A stretch of DNA of 64,000 bases from Paecilomyces variotii (Eukaryota). The notes below the pieces were generated by a model. That model worked only from the letters and a program-made list of their open reading frames with translations, did no database searches and had not been told where the DNA came from. The position numbers were made by a program, and so were the translations under genes. Of this stretch, positions 27,301-41,033 are shown piece after piece. Every line of letters begins with the position of its first letter. Within the stretch, counting starts at the first letter, position 1. The stretch lies in assembly GCA_004022145.1 (NCBI GenBank), contig RCNU01000008.1; one strand, 5' to 3'.

Positions 27301-27832
27301 GCTTACGCATCAGATACGTTTACGCGCATAGGTGAAGATGCTGAGGTATCCCAAAATGCATGGTTCAACGACTTTAAGAGACTGATGGCCAGTGCCAACC
27401 TGACTTCCCATGAAATAACATCTCTGCTTGCCCTACTGGCAGCCAGTATAACGAACAGACAACCACTACCTCCCTACCTGCGCACACCTACGCCGTACGG
27501 GTTTTCGAAGCGGCTTGAAGCCTTGGACAGGGACATCCTTAGTCTAAGGCATAGCGCAGAGCCAGGATATGCCGCTTTCGCTGTTCTCCAGATCTCCACC
27601 CGATGCATTATTGGTGACTTGGATAAGTTGTTGAAGTAAGTTCACGAGTTTTCTTCTCTGGTACGCAGACATCATCTTACACAGATAAAGGAATGTTAAA
27701 GCCCTTGTCGGAGAACTCGATTTCTCTTTCCACATCGTCAATACAGCATCGAATTCGAACGCAAACCTGGTCGATCCCCGCTCGGCGACGGACTCCGCCG
27801 ATCCTGTCTCCGACCCTGACAAGAACGATTAA
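24354..27832 (+). CDS. ArAE/FUSC-like (Bre4-like) multi-pass membrane transporter
   Basis: Two TM bundles separated by a long soluble region; KDPEHLPP, SAFGFRVACA, WAMIMVAI, VGELDFSF; exons join in frame. Confidence 0.82.
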
Positions 27833-28629
27833 TATCTTAAGACACCCTTGTCTTCACGTCTATCACCAATAATCGCCAGACCTTCTTGGATCCTAATATC
27901 TATCACGTCATCTACGCTATCTACGCCATCTGAAATGACTTCAATTTATATGTAACAACCTCTCTCTGAACATGATCTCACCCATTATGGGACAATATTC
28001 TGGTTAGCCATCACATGTCTTGTCGTGGTTTACTCTGTATATAAATATTCACAATGCTATTTGCGTTGGAGAAAATTACTTCTGTTACCGATTGCAGGAA
28101 AATCGTTGACGTAATCACGATGTGGCCAGATGCTGATCTGTAAATACTTTGAACTAACTGTGTTCTAGAACTGTATAGTGTAAGACCGAGAAGCAAACCT
28201 ATAACAGTCTCCAAAAAGAGTTCATAAGTCAGGGCTGCAATGAATCCAGACAACTTGCTGGTTGCATGTATCGCTTATTTTACAGAATTACTACAGAACC
28301 GGTAAAAGCTTAGAATCAACAGAAAAGAGCCAGGAATGCGTATCGATTAGATCAGGCCCCGCTGCATACATGCCTTCCCCTAAGAGGAGTCCTTAAGATA
28401 GAAAAAAAAAAAAAAAAACATTTGTCCCGTCCTCAGATAAACATAAGCTCACGCCGCAACACCCCCAGAGAAGACGTAGATTGCGTATCGATCAGAGTTA
28501 GTCCGGCTTTACGCTTCCTCTTAGAACCGAGATCTCGACATACGCCAGTCTCATTCTCAAATAGAACATAAGAAAACAGCAAACACCACCATGAAGTCTC
28601 GTCGAAATGTAGGAGAGCAAGGAGAGCAA

Positions 28630-29547
28630 TCAGACCCAGACATCGCCAGTAAGCTCGATCAGCTCCTGCACAGTGAAGACAATATCCGCCTCCGGAGGGA
28701 CGGGAGGACGGTCGTACATCGCATGGAATGGCAGCACCAATTGAGCGGTAGCGCTAGTCGTCGTGACGGTGATCTCTTGAATAGAGTACGCCTGCTGAGT
28801 CGCTGCAGGCTGCCGAACCAGAGGCGGTAGCGCTGGGGGATTGGATTGACGGAAGCCGTCGATGATAACTTGAGTCAATAGAGGCGTATTGGGAGGCGCA
28901 AGCTGCCATTTTTCGATAAGTATGCTACGCGAGCGAGCCTCGACCTTCATGACAATAGCAATACGCACATCTCCCTGGGAATTGTTAAACCACCACAGGG
29001 CGTCCATGCGCATTTTGGGCAAGCAATCGCTATTTCCGACATCAATTACCACAGTAGGCCAAGGCCTTGCCGGTCCGGGAACTCCAATTCTTGACGGCGG
29101 GTAAAAAGATTGGTCGGGTTCTTTGGCTTTGGTAGTGACAGTGCCTGTGCGACGAGCGGCACCTCGAAATCTGCATTGACCTGGCGGAATACCCATCATT
29201 GCAAATTTCACGACCATGTAGCTAATGAGGAGGTTCACTGGTCCTTCGTGATTGTCACCGGGCTTCACTTTGATGATGGCAGTACTCCCATCAAATTCGA
29301 GACGGCATGGCACACCGAGAATATGAGGCTCATCCTTGAGCCTCTGGATGGCATAGTTTGAAAGGCCGAGGACAACAATATACTGGTTGCCCTCGTCCGA
29401 ATTTGTCTTGAGCTGGGTATAAACGTGCTCAGCTGCGCGAGTAAGACGGACGACGTTGGAGAATGAGACCGTGAGATGGTCCGGTGGCAACGCCGGAAAA
29501 GGATCATAAGTTGTAACTGGAGGTGGTGTGCTATGCGCCATGGCCAT
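28630..29547 (-). CDS. Intronless hypothetical protein, Uma2-like / PD-(D/E)XK restriction-endonuclease-fold candidate
   Basis: 305-aa ORF with IKVKPGDNHE, KEPDQSFYP, WPTVVIDVGNSD..KMRMDALWWF, a motif set I recognise from fungal Uma2-like proteins. Fold assignment is inference. Confidence 0.65.
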   Translation of the reverse strand: MAMAHSTPPPVTTYDPFPALPPDHLTVSFSNVVRLTRAAEHVYTQLKTNSDEGNQYIVVLGLSNYAIQRLKDEPHILGVPCRLEFDGSTAIIKVKPGDNHEGPVNLLISYMVVKFAMMGIPPGQCRFRGAARRTGTVTTKAKEPDQSFYPPSRIGVPGPARPWPTVVIDVGNSDCLPKMRMDALWWFNNSQGDVRIAIVMKVEARSRSILIEKWQLAPPNTPLLTQVIIDGFRQSNPPALPPLVRQPAATQQAYSIQEITVTTTSATAQLVLPFHAMYDRPPVPPEADIVFTVQELIELTGDVWV

Positions 29548-30411
29548 TTTGAGAGATAGTGGGTTTATATAGTACGAACGGAGTTTCCTGGGAACGAGAA
29601 ACGAGAGAGGAGAAAAACAAGTTCGAGTACTTGCTGAGCGAGAACATAAAGAAAAACGGACAAGAGTAGGTATCTATAAGTGAGATTATCAAAGAAAAGG
29701 CATAGTGGATCATATCTAAAGGGAAATACCTACCAATAATTGTCCTGTCTATTCACTTGAATGTAGCAACATAAGAGAAAGAAACATAAAAGAGAATAAG
29801 ACAAGTTTCAATAAAGTAGGGGTGAATCTAAGACTCAACTAAATAGTTAGATAAAGGTGATATGAAAGTGAATACAAAATTGTGCTGGATGGTAACGTAT
29901 TCAGAAGAAGACTCGATATATCACCATGTGGTAACTCACTGGCCGGCGTGCCAAGGCTGACATAAATAAGCCCCAGGCCTAAACTATATGCAGAGTACAG
30001 CAACTTTGCGTCGGAAAGTCGAGAGACATAGTCAGTATGTGCTTATAACCTGTGTATATATCCGGTTGATGAGAAGTTTACATGCATCACGATGCATTCT
30101 GATAATCTCAGATAGTGATCTACTTTCCTCCTTCCTTCGATTAATCAGTTCCCGTAGTGGCCATATGTGCCTACTTTCCCATGTAAAAGCGACTCTTCTT
30201 CTCACATTATGTCATGGTTTAGCAGCCACTCGATCATCTGCTTCGAGAGCCAGCCTTGGATACAGTCATGGATCCACGTGGACATGACTTTGATTCGCAA
30301 GGTGTGCCCTTGGTAGGCGGTAATGATGGCAATTTCGTGGAAAAAGATCCCTTAGTAGTGTGATCAGGGAGAAATATAACGTGCACCAAGCGTCCGTCCT
30401 AGGACGGGACT

Positions 30412-31860
30412 CTATGACGCGAGATGCTGCTGAGTCGCGATTGTATCGACACGCTTCCTACGCTGACGTTTTGGCTGGGGGGGAAGGACATGCGCTGCAG
30501 CACGCTTTCGGATCGGGGGGACTTCATTGTCATCAGAACCAATAATGATAGCAACACTCGAAGTAGAAGAGAGGTAATGAAGCAGATAGAAATCAGAGAA
30601 GAACCAACCGTCCTTCGTTGGACTAGCGTGGTCATAGTCATCGGTGATGCCACAAACTGCGATCAGGCGGATTCTTGGACCAACATCGGGTGGGCAGTCT
30701 GCCACGAATAAGAGACGCTTCAAGGTTTCTGTGGTCCAATAGTTCGCCCGAACAACATGAAAGACTGGAGTCGACTCTGGCATCATGGTAAACATATGGT
30801 GAGATAATCTGTAGCTGTCGTCACTGGTCCGAATGATACATTTCCCCTACCAGAAAGTATTGTAGCTAGCAGAAGATCTTTCGTGATTCGAAAATAAACC
30901 GACAGACCAGTGAAAGGTTTGACAGCGTAACTCGTTAACGCGTCGTTGATGAGCGATCTCGGCATCACGTATGGCATCGAGCATGGGAAAAATATCATCA
31001 CCCGCCGCGGTCTCGTTTCCTTGTGGTTGCACTCTATCTTGTGAATGGGTCATGCTTGCTTCCCCCTGGGGATCTCTCGGGGGTTTTATGCCCGAGGTCT
31101 TGCTCGCTTTAGACTTTGTTCCTTTCATCGATTTCATGCTTAAGTATTTTCAGTTCGGTGCTATACTGGTACCCGCGGGCACCACCCGCTCAGGGACGTA
31201 CAACCGCCACAGTTGTACCGCCTGTTCAGGACTAGAGGTGCTAGTTCATTTTGTTCTCCCTCTCTCGGTGCCACCCGGAGAAGGATATCAGCCTTAAGGG
31301 TCTGGTTAAGCGAAGCGAAGTAGCGTTGCACGCGATTGTTATTCTTTGGTATTGCGGTCTTCTTCACGATTGATGCCGGTTTCGCGAGAACATTCCCTCT
31401 TCCTGTGTCCGACGTGGGTTTCGTGAGGACCTTCCCACTCGATCCTTCTTTGGTCAAATCGACGTCGTTCCATGACGGGGGTCGAGTGAGATACTTGAAA
31501 CTTACAATCTTGGTAGGATCGTTGAACTTTCTCATTACCGCTTTAAACTCAGCTCGGATTGTCTTCGCACATTCTTGAAGAACTCGTGCCCAGTGGCGGT
31601 AGTCGAATCGCGATAGATAATTTCGAAACTCTTCGTAGCAGTCGTCTTCCTCAATGTCTGCATCACGCAGAACATTAGGCGGCTCGTTCAACTAGACAGT
31701 CCGAAGCGTCTGTGGTATATAGGTAGTTATTAGGAACTTTCCAAGACTTGGGTGTTCCGCTAGTCCATCTGTCGTGGTTCTTGGATTTCCATTTGCCCTC
31801 AAGCCAGCGTGGTCCATCGTTGTGGACGTATGGTGATGAGATACAGAGACAGCTTTGCAA
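30412..31860 (-). pseudogene. Fragments of one or more decayed hypothetical-protein genes
   Basis: Protein-like segments in changing frames (30412-30795, 30847-31137, 31161-31691, 31675-31860), including the block PPDVGPRIRLIAVCGITD...ASPTKDGWFFSDFYLLHYL that appears truncated on both sides; no clean splice model found. Confidence 0.45.
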
Positions 31861-34505
31861 ATAGGTGTATCTGTGCTACACCCACATGAAAAGATGGTCG
31901 TGCATCCTGGTCTCTCTTAGGGCTAACAATCGCACTTCTTCGATAGGATCATCTCAATTCTGTCAGCACGGCCCAATGAAAAGCGGAGAAGTGTTATTTA
32001 AGCGCTGCAGGGCCCGCCTGATCCCTGGTTTATCTGATCTTTACTTCTAGGTATATTTTAACGCCATTCAGGTCGGGGGACGCTTCTCCAGGCAAGAATT
32101 CGACCTGGAGAGAGATGTTCGGGTCATATCTAACCTGACACAGGTAGTGTATGCGCCGCTAGTTGTTTTGAAGAAATGACATAAAGATCTTGTTTCCGTT
32201 TTGTAGGATGAGAGCGCGCCTTATTTCGTCAGATAAGCTTCCCTGAAGGCTGTATTGTGTGGTACTTACAAAGGCTTTGAGTGTGGTATATAAAATCATA
32301 TGGTTGACATCTACCGAAGTCGCTTTTTAGTTTGTGCCTTTGGCAATAGGATCGGAAACTCACCACAGGAACACCCTATCGCCGAGATCTCTATGGAACT
32401 TCCCAATATCAGGTCTCTGCGGGGCAAGAATTCATAGAAGAGAAGAGGTATGAGAGTAAATATATATGAACAAGGTTTATAAAGGAGCACAGATTTCACT
32501 GTACGGAGTGAAATGCCCTGTCGATTGGTCCTTACATCCATAGCGCATTCTTTTCCTAGAGTCCCCCAAATTAGCCCCAGTACAAACATCAAGAGCCAGA
32601 AGAATAGTGAGACAGAAAATACCATACCGGAATAGCAAAATATGATAGTGATATCTTCCCCCACGGTCAGAGCTTATTGTAGATAGAAGTGCATGCACAC
32701 AACTCATCATGGAATCGCTTATTAGACATGGAAATGCACAACTTATGCCTAGGCAACGGCGGCCGCCTGAAGGGCGTCGCGTTCTTCTGGGCCCAACGTT
32801 TAGAAGAGCGCTGGCCGTGAATGATGATGAGTTCGTGGTATTACCAGTAGCATATATAAAGTGTAAGAGTCGATAGAAGTAGTGCTCCAGGGTACCACTT
32901 TGCTAGTATCCCGCCCGAAGTCCGGGGACCCTCAAGCTGATAGATAGCTTGAAGAAAATCTATCAACGAGAAATGATAGCCATTATACTGTATGAGGCGT
33001 AGAGAAAAGAGCAAAGTATCCAAGGGCTCGGGCAAGATAGGCGACATATATGGAGTAAATAGAAGGTTTGTGTAAACGTTCTATGCCCGAATAAGTAGTC
33101 TTGAGTATGCACCTATAAACAAGGATATAGAGTAGGGAAGATTATATGAAATGCAAGGAATTGCATCTGAGTTACTTTGGACCCAGAGAGAAGCCATTTA
33201 CCGTGGAGATGATGGATAGACTTCTTAAAAAGATCTGCCTCCTTAAGCAGTTTTTATAATTCCCCCAGGTCTCCTAGAACGGAGAAGAAAAGGATATCGG
33301 GATATTTATCAGATGCCCTATTTATGCGTGCTTAAAGACGAAGGCAGTCTGCCGGAGTTATAAAATCCATAAAAAATAGAAATCTTGAGAGTATTATAAA
33401 AGTTAGGAAATAGAAGGTAGTGACTGAAATCTAGTATATTATATTAGCAATGGATGCTTTACCAATATAACAGGGGACGCATCCTTTTCTTTATTCTTTT
33501 TCCTTGCTTCCTTTTTTTCCCCCTCACTTTCTTTCTCTTACCTTTCTTCAGCATTATCCTCATTATTCATTGACACTAGCTGCTGCACCTCAGGATGTAT
33601 ATAACGGAAACGATTTGAATGTCTGTAAATATACACAGCTCCATATACACGGCAATAAAGGTAGAAAGGAAGTATTTTCTTATCTTCGTCAAGAGAGGGT
33701 ATTTATACCCCTCTCGTTCCAACGGCTCTTATTCATAGCAAGGGTAGTGACTGAATGTCTGCTCCCCCCGCGTGAAATTAGGAAAGAGAGTAACTTACGC
33801 AATTGCTTTGGTTGGAAATACCCACAGCTCTGCTATATGATTTGTGCATGCAGTGGGCCGAGACAGGCAGATTCACTTGGCTTGGTCAGCACTTTGACGG
33901 AGTCTTCCATTCAATACCGAGAATGAGCGTATGAGGTTTTGGGCGTAGTGATGTATATTAATTCTGCAAGATCCGGATAGCTGCCCTGGGATGTTTTCGA
34001 GAACTTATACTGGATAGAAGTATTAACTAGGGATGCGACAGCGATCTCTATGCGGAATATACACCAATTTGGATAGCACTGTTAGGATTGATACTGTATT
34101 GTCTGCTATCGTCTCCCGTCTTCTCGTAGATAGTTCCTGGAACTGCTTCTTAGAGAAGTGACATGAATGATTACGATAGAATATAGAAGTTAAAGAGGAC
34201 CTTCTGACTTGGTGACATGTTGTCAATTATTAGAGTATTAGCTGATATGATCAGTATGCTTACAATGATCGCTCACACGCCTAACGCTACTTGCTCGTCA
34301 CATGCATGGCAGAAATGCAGACAGGTCAAAAAAAGCATGGATGATAAAAGATGCATCAACGCGCAAATGGTGACGCAGAAGCCCGAGCACACCATTTCTG
34401 GCAGACGGGAGCCAGTAAATGTCCAGTCTGCAGTCACAGGAGCCAGGCTGAACCGGCGGGTTTCATCATGACTCGTAATCTCGTCTCTCACGGGTAGTGA
34501 CCACT

Positions 34506-35209
34506 TTACAGCAGGTAGGCGAAACCGCCTAGGAACCCTGCAACCAGGCCAAACAGGCCGTACACCTGCCCAATTTCCAGAGCAAAGGTGCTGGCATCAC
34601 CCTTCTTGGCAGCAGCAGTCGAGGCAGAGCCAAATCCAGTATAGACGACGTTTCCACCAGAGGTGCTGCTGGCGCTAGCGGTAGGGTTGGAAGTAGCAGA
34701 GGTGGTGGTTATGTTGTAGCGCTTGGGGTTCTGGGCACCGCAGGGGTGGTCATCACGGCACGCAGCTTGGCAGCTGGACTCCCCATTGCAGTTGTTCACG
34801 CATTGATTGTTGGCCTCCGTGCAGATGAAGTAGGGGAGAGTCTGGGAGTATTCCGAGGAGTTGGGCTGCTGGCCATTGCTGCAAACACAGCTGAAGCTGA
34901 GGGTTTTCTGGAAGGATGCCAGATCAGCATGTTTGCAAACATCTAATCACCCGTAGGGTGGACTTACCGGGTTACACGAATTGTCCTCAGGCTGACCTGT
35001 CACCCCGGGAAGCTGCAGACAGATGAGAGGGCAGGACGTCTTTTGAGACTGGCACCATTGATCTAGACCAGTTAGACACATCATCAGACTGCAGGGACAC
35101 ATGTAAACTCACCTCTGGTCGAGAGGGGGACACTGTTCGGGTCAATGCTCTGAGCAACACCCAGACCAGCCACAGAGGACAGGAGCAGAAGGATAGATCC
35201 AGCCAACAT
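34506..35209 (-). CDS. Conserved Cys-rich secreted, probably GPI-anchored cell-surface protein, 3 exons
   Basis: Signal peptide MLAGSILLLLSSVAGLGVA, WCQSQKTSCPLICLQ...CVC...YSQTLPYFIC...HPCGAQNP, Ser/Thr stalk, hydrophobic C-terminus. Confidence 0.85.
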
Positions 35210-36840
35210 TTTGTGATAATGCTCTGCTGACGGCTACGCGCAGATGGAGAGAAGGGAACAACGAGAGTGACCCTGGCAAATGCCAAATAAGTCAGTTTCA
35301 CTGTGTCTTTTTCTGTAGATCCGTTGTTCCCGGGGAGAGTCGAGGGGAATGTTGGGGGCTCGGGCTGCTCACCGATGAAGTCTTCGCTAGTACGACTATC
35401 ACGCTCCGGCCCAGTCCAGGAATGCTGATGGAGAATTGAACGACCGTTGACTACAAGCCACTACTGACGAAAGAAGTGAAAAAAGAGAAAAGTGAAGACT
35501 GACTGCGCCTCAAGTAGAAAGACAGTGAGGAAGTGAAAGGGGAGGAAGAGGGCGGATCTTGAGGATTTAGCAACAAGCCATGTTATGGCATACGGAGATA
35601 ATAGCCAACCGAGAGCCGGGGGAGCTCCTGTAGAATGTACAAGGTGATATCCAGGATCTGCCGAACAGTGGTCCCCTAGAAGAAGCTAGAGAGCGATAGC
35701 GTTGCAGCTAGACCCGTCGAGGACTGGAATTGACATATCGAGCAAGGAGCTGTCACCGTTGAGTCTTGACAGTGGAGTACTGAGTACAACAGCAAGTTAG
35801 TTCTTCTGCAAACAGCTAGCCCAAGCTGCCACTCCAGAGTCCATCCATACTCCATACAGGCTCGAGAGAGCACTAGATTTTAGTCCTGGTCTTAGAAGGA
35901 AAAGTAATAAGCTCGCGCCTTGATTGTCACTGCGACCAGCAGCTCACCACCATCTACCCCCCCAGTCTTCCCCTCTGCGTGTACGATCATGTCTTTTCCG
36001 GAGTCCCGACACTGCAAGAAAGACATTCCTGCTATTCCCACTGAGCTCAGGAATCACTCAACGGGACTGTGGTGGTGGGAACCACAGTTTGGTAGGTTGA
36101 AAAGAGGATCCTGGAAGGGACTGGAAGAGAAGAGAGAACGCCATGGCTTGCGGTGGTCTTAGATGTGCCAGTGGGTGATAGATACACAAGACTCCTTTTT
36201 TCCCCGTAGCTGATAGGATCTGACGGACTGTGTTTAGCGTGATCCTAACTGGATCTAACAATAGCTTCTTTCTCCGCGCTAGAGATGAATAATGAACGGA
36301 AGATAGTAGTGTTACCCGCCATTCACGATCATTATTCTTTGGGAGCAGTTTGTCGATCAGCCAAAATAGGATGTTTAGGGTTTTGTTTCCCAGGCCCTAC
36401 CTTCCTATTTGGAGTGTTTCTGCTGATACCCTTGCACGTCCCGTGACTGGTCCCGTGCACTCTCCATGTTTGGCTCAAGTTAGCTGCGCAAAAGGAGGCT
36501 TTGATCCCGAGCATCTGATAGATACAAACCAGCTTCCATTCGCGTCTCTCAATGGGCTTGTCTTAGACGCGTTTCTTTCCTTATCACCAGCGCAGGTTAA
36601 GGTCCCTCGCTACGCCAATTATTAATTATTTGATTTGGTCCTGTCCTCAACGTCTGGCGCTGGAGACAGGCTGCGGCCAAGTTGGCGTGACATCGCTGAA
36701 CCCAACTACAAAAATCACCGGACTCTTAAATCTTAGTGCCCTATATCATCTATCTATCGGCACCTTCCACCGCATGAATCAGCGCTTTGCGCCGGTCTCA
36801 GACGATCTCATCCCCTCGAGACTGTCGCTGCTTCTGATGG

Positions 36841-37757
36841 ATGGAGTCAGCCAATGAGGAGGCCGGTCTGCAGCGGCGCTCCCCCGCATCCTCGTTGAGC
36901 GTCTCGGATAACGAGGGCCTCGTGGCGGCGTCCAACAGTGCCGGTGCCAGCAGTAATACTGGCACGGCCCTCTCGTCATCCCCAGGGAGCTCACATTCTG
37001 ATAATGATCAGAATAATGCGTCCAAGAAGGAGCGCCCCATCTCTGGCGTAGTTCCTCCGTACTGGCGCCATTATCGGAATGTCTCGCGAACTTCCCAGGC
37101 TTCGTTTGACGGGGCGGCCGCCATCACGCTCGAGGACCACACCGAGGATCCGGGGGCTGAGACAAGCCGCGGTCTATGGGCGAAGAGCGTTACAATCGAC
37201 GATCATGTGGTAGTGCAAGGCAAAACAGGCGTGGGAGCATATGTCGTATGGAATTGCAAGATTCAAACTCTAGATGTGGGTCGTCTTCCCCGCGTAGATC
37301 TTGTAATAGTCAGTGATTGCTGATCTCACTGCAGGGTGGTCCAATGGTATTACGACTGAGGTATGATTGCGATAACGTCGTTGTATTGGGATTGTCTGTT
37401 GATTATTCAGATACTCGGAGTTCGACGATTTGCGCCAGAAATTACTGCAGGCTTTCCCCAATTCGAAAAATGCATTGCCGCCCCTCCCTCCAAAGAGCAT
37501 GCTATGTGAGTATCGCAGTTGGATAATTGCTTAAGAACGGTTGACTAACCTGTCTTCACAGTCAAGTTTCGACCTTCGTTTCTGGAGAAAAGGAGGGAGA
37601 GACTAGAATATTTCTTTAAGTCGGTGCCCGTCGTTTCATGTCTGACTTGCCCCGTCAACAGTGACTGACATTGATATCACTTAGTTGCGTGCTCCTGAAC
37701 CCCGAGTTCTCTGGATCTCCCGTGCTGAAAGACTTCATCTTTGCTCACATCGGCTAG
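36841..37757 (+). CDS. ypt35: PX-domain protein Ypt35-like
   Basis: ITLEDHTE, GAYVVWNC, R|YSEFDDLR, LPPLPPKS, FLEKRRERLEYF, VLLNPEF. Confidence 0.85.
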
Positions 37758-38484
37758 CGCAAATTGTTCATTGACAAAACTACGATGCGGAGACGGTCTT
37801 TGGACGACTGGAAAGTGTCTACTCAATCGCCACTAGGGTTATTTACGACGACAGATTATTCTTCCTTTGGGTAGTTAGTATGGGTTGCTTATGAATAACG
37901 ATATCTCTAATTATATTTCAACATCTAGTGCTATATATTGCTACTTTTGACAACTCACCTATACCATATTTACTATCTTGCTATACGGAGTTGCTGACAA
38001 GACCGCGGTAGATTGAGATGACTTGATATCCTGTCTGCGTGAAGAACCCCGCCATCACTGCAAGCTGCTCATGTAGCTGCTTTGAACATTGGTCGTAGTC
38101 TGATTATGTGTCGCCGTCTCTACGCAACGTATAGATCGTAGTATGATCCTGCCTCTGTTTAGTTTCACGACGAATCTGATTGGCGAGGTAGTTACCCCCA
38201 GCAGATAATCTTAGAAGGTAACATATCCATGAATCAGTCCTCTTATCTCATGTAGTTAGAGAGCCCGTCAAAGGGATTAACTAAGACACGGGATACCGAA
38301 CGGAGCAAAATCCCGAATCCTTAAAAAAGGTACACTAGGGAGTCGATCATCGCCCAGCCTATCAAACTCAGCAAACCTTCGCGGATACTCCCCCACGGAT
38401 CTTGCCGTGCGGAACGCGTCTATCGCGACCATCCAACATGAACCTTGAACAATAACAATCTCAGAGTACACTCTTTGCGTTTCA

Positions 38485-40523
38485 ATGCCATCGTCTGATC
38501 AGCAGGATACCGCTGTCTCTATGCTGGATGTCATGGCAGGCCTGGGCGCGAGTCCAAACACTATCGCAGACGAGCATACAGCCAATGACGTCAGTCATCC
38601 TCCGAAGGAAAATGAAGCGATGAACAAACAGACGGACCAGCTAGAGAAACTTGGTATGACTGAGAAAGAGCGTGAGAAAGCTGCGATAATCATTCAGGTG
38701 CGCCTATTATATTGTATCCACGTCTTCATGAAGCGCTGGAAAAGGACTCGTACTAAATCGCGCCAGAGAAACTATCGTGGTTACAAGACGAGACGAGAAC
38801 TTAAAGGTCTTGGTCTCGACGCATCGACCAGGTGGCTTGAGGTACGTACGACATACTTTCCACTTTTGCGCTGGTGTTTGAGTTTCGCAGTATGATCTGC
38901 AGCTCGCTCCTATGCATGTTTGTGTTCTTGCAGGTGCTGATCGTCTCATACAGGCTGTTAAAGAAGCCCAATGGCGTCAATCAACGCGCCCTCAACTGCC
39001 ACATGTAGACGAACAGGAGCCATCTTCGCCTGGAGACAAAACACCTCGTATCCAGGCACGCGAAACCTGGAAGAGGGTGGGTAGTATCGCACGCCGTGCC
39101 GGTGGGGACGACAATATCCTCGATGAAGTCGCTGCATGCGAAGCCAATAATGATGGTTCACATGCCGACGTAGAGGCAGACAACAGACGCAGCTCAACCG
39201 TTTCAGGAATCGAGAGCGAGAAAACAGCAAAGATGATGGATCTCCAGTACTTTCTCGAAATGGTCGATACGAAACATCGTTATGGTAGTAATCTGCGCAG
39301 CTACCACAACTACTGGAAGAACTCACCGTCCAAGCAGAATTTCTTCTACTGGCTCGACTACGGGGATGGTAGGAACGTAGACCTACCGCAGTGCCCGCGA
39401 GACCGTCTGGACCGAGAGCAAGTCCGTTACCTGAGCCGCGAAGAAAGGATGGATTATTTGGTCCAGGTCGACAAATCAGGGCGATTCCGATGGGCGAAGA
39501 ATGGAGAAAGGGTAACCACAGACAGCGATCGATTCAAGGACAGTATACATGGTGTGGTTCCGGTGGAGGACAAAACACCTCGATTCAGAGGCAATTCCGC
39601 GGAAGGGAATGAAATTGCGGACGCCAGCTCCTCGTCCTCAGCCAATGATGAGGAAAGTGATAGCTCGAGTGAAGAAGTTAACCATTATCTCAACCACGAT
39701 CTCAACGAAGCGAAAGGGGTGAAGAAGCTGGCGTATGTGAGTCCAGCGGTGATTTTCAATCATCTTATGAAAAAGTCTTTGAAGAAGAAGGACAAGTGGA
39801 TTTTCGTACGTTGTGCCCACTTCCTCAATCGCACAGGCTTGTTGTGATGCTAATTGCAGTAGGTAGCTGGTACGTGATACTGCAGGAGGCGGGGCTCTCG
39901 CTTCTCGCGCATGCCCTAATGGCGTCTTACTTGCATCACTTGGTACTAACCACGATATACAGATACATCCTTTCGTTTGTACGTCGGCATCAAAGAATCG
40001 GGTGCTTTCCAGCATTCATCATTCCTGCGTGGTGCCCGTATCTCTTCCGCTGGTGTGATCAAGATCAAAGATGGACAACTCCGAAGTCTATCCCCTCTCA
40101 GGTACGTACTATCTGGTGTCAAACCCCCATACAACCAGGCAATTAACAAAACGTAGCGGTCACTATCGACCCCCAGCAGCAAACTTTCGCCGTTTTGTGC
40201 ATGCTCTTGAAGACCAGGGCGTCGACATGTCGCGCGTTTCGATCAGCAAATCATACGCAGTTCTGGTCGGAATTGAAGGCTATGCTAAGGTCAAGAAGGG
40301 CAAGAAGAAATTCCACGAGAAGATCGATACGATCAAAGCGAAACACAGTCAGCATAAAGAGATTAATTCAAGTCACGCAGACAAACTTACCAAATCAGAG
40401 TCCCAGAAAGAGGAGCATGACCATCAGCAAAATGGCAAAGACTTACCAATCCGCCCCAAAGGGAGAGGCATCCCTGGTACAGCGCCTGAGGAGGGAGTAC
40501 CACCTCCTGAGGGAAGGAGGTGA
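38485..40523 (+). CDS. IQ calmodulin-binding motif protein (IQM-like)
   Basis: AAIIIQ|RNYRGYKTRR IQ motif, QYFLEMVDTKHRYG, FFYWLDYGDG, WIF|VA|DTS, FQHSSFL, SGHYRP. Confidence 0.88.
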
Positions 40524-41033
40524 TTTCGATGTTGTCTATCTAAATATGGTCAGCAGGCAGGATCTTTTCAGCTACTTTTATCGATTGTCACCGTACAATG
40601 ATGCTCCCGCTTACGATTTACGATACCCTCGTCTTTATGACCGACCACATGTATAGTACAATACATTAGTATTTTATATTATCAGCGTATCCCAGTAACG
40701 TCAAAGCTATTCTTAATCCCACCCCTTCTCAATCAAGTTAATATAGAATCCACGGAAGCAAAGGCTATGACTTCAACCTCCTAGCCCGTAGGTAGGTTGC
40801 TTTCTCGACTCTACTTCTAGGGGAGGTTGATCTCATATTCATATCCTTAGCATACAAAGAATCCAGATCCTTGTGATCTAGTACATTCTATCCTCTAATT
40901 AGGATAATCAAGGTATTAATGAAAGAACCTGCTGCGAATGGACGATGTGACAGGTTACATGTACGCGAACTTTGTGCGCCGACAATTATCATCAACAACC
41001 ATCCGGTCCTCCGACACAAAGTCAACCGTTTTA

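Noticed and set aside
32311-32710. Hydrophobic 117-aa minus-strand ORF
   Set aside because: Non-ATG start, no motif, lies in degraded sequence.
17958-34400. pcaA plus the accessory island as part of a Starship-type metal-resistance element
   Set aside because: No DUF3435 tyrosine recombinase, no other metal-resistance genes and no element boundaries; pcaA lies next to housekeeping ura7.
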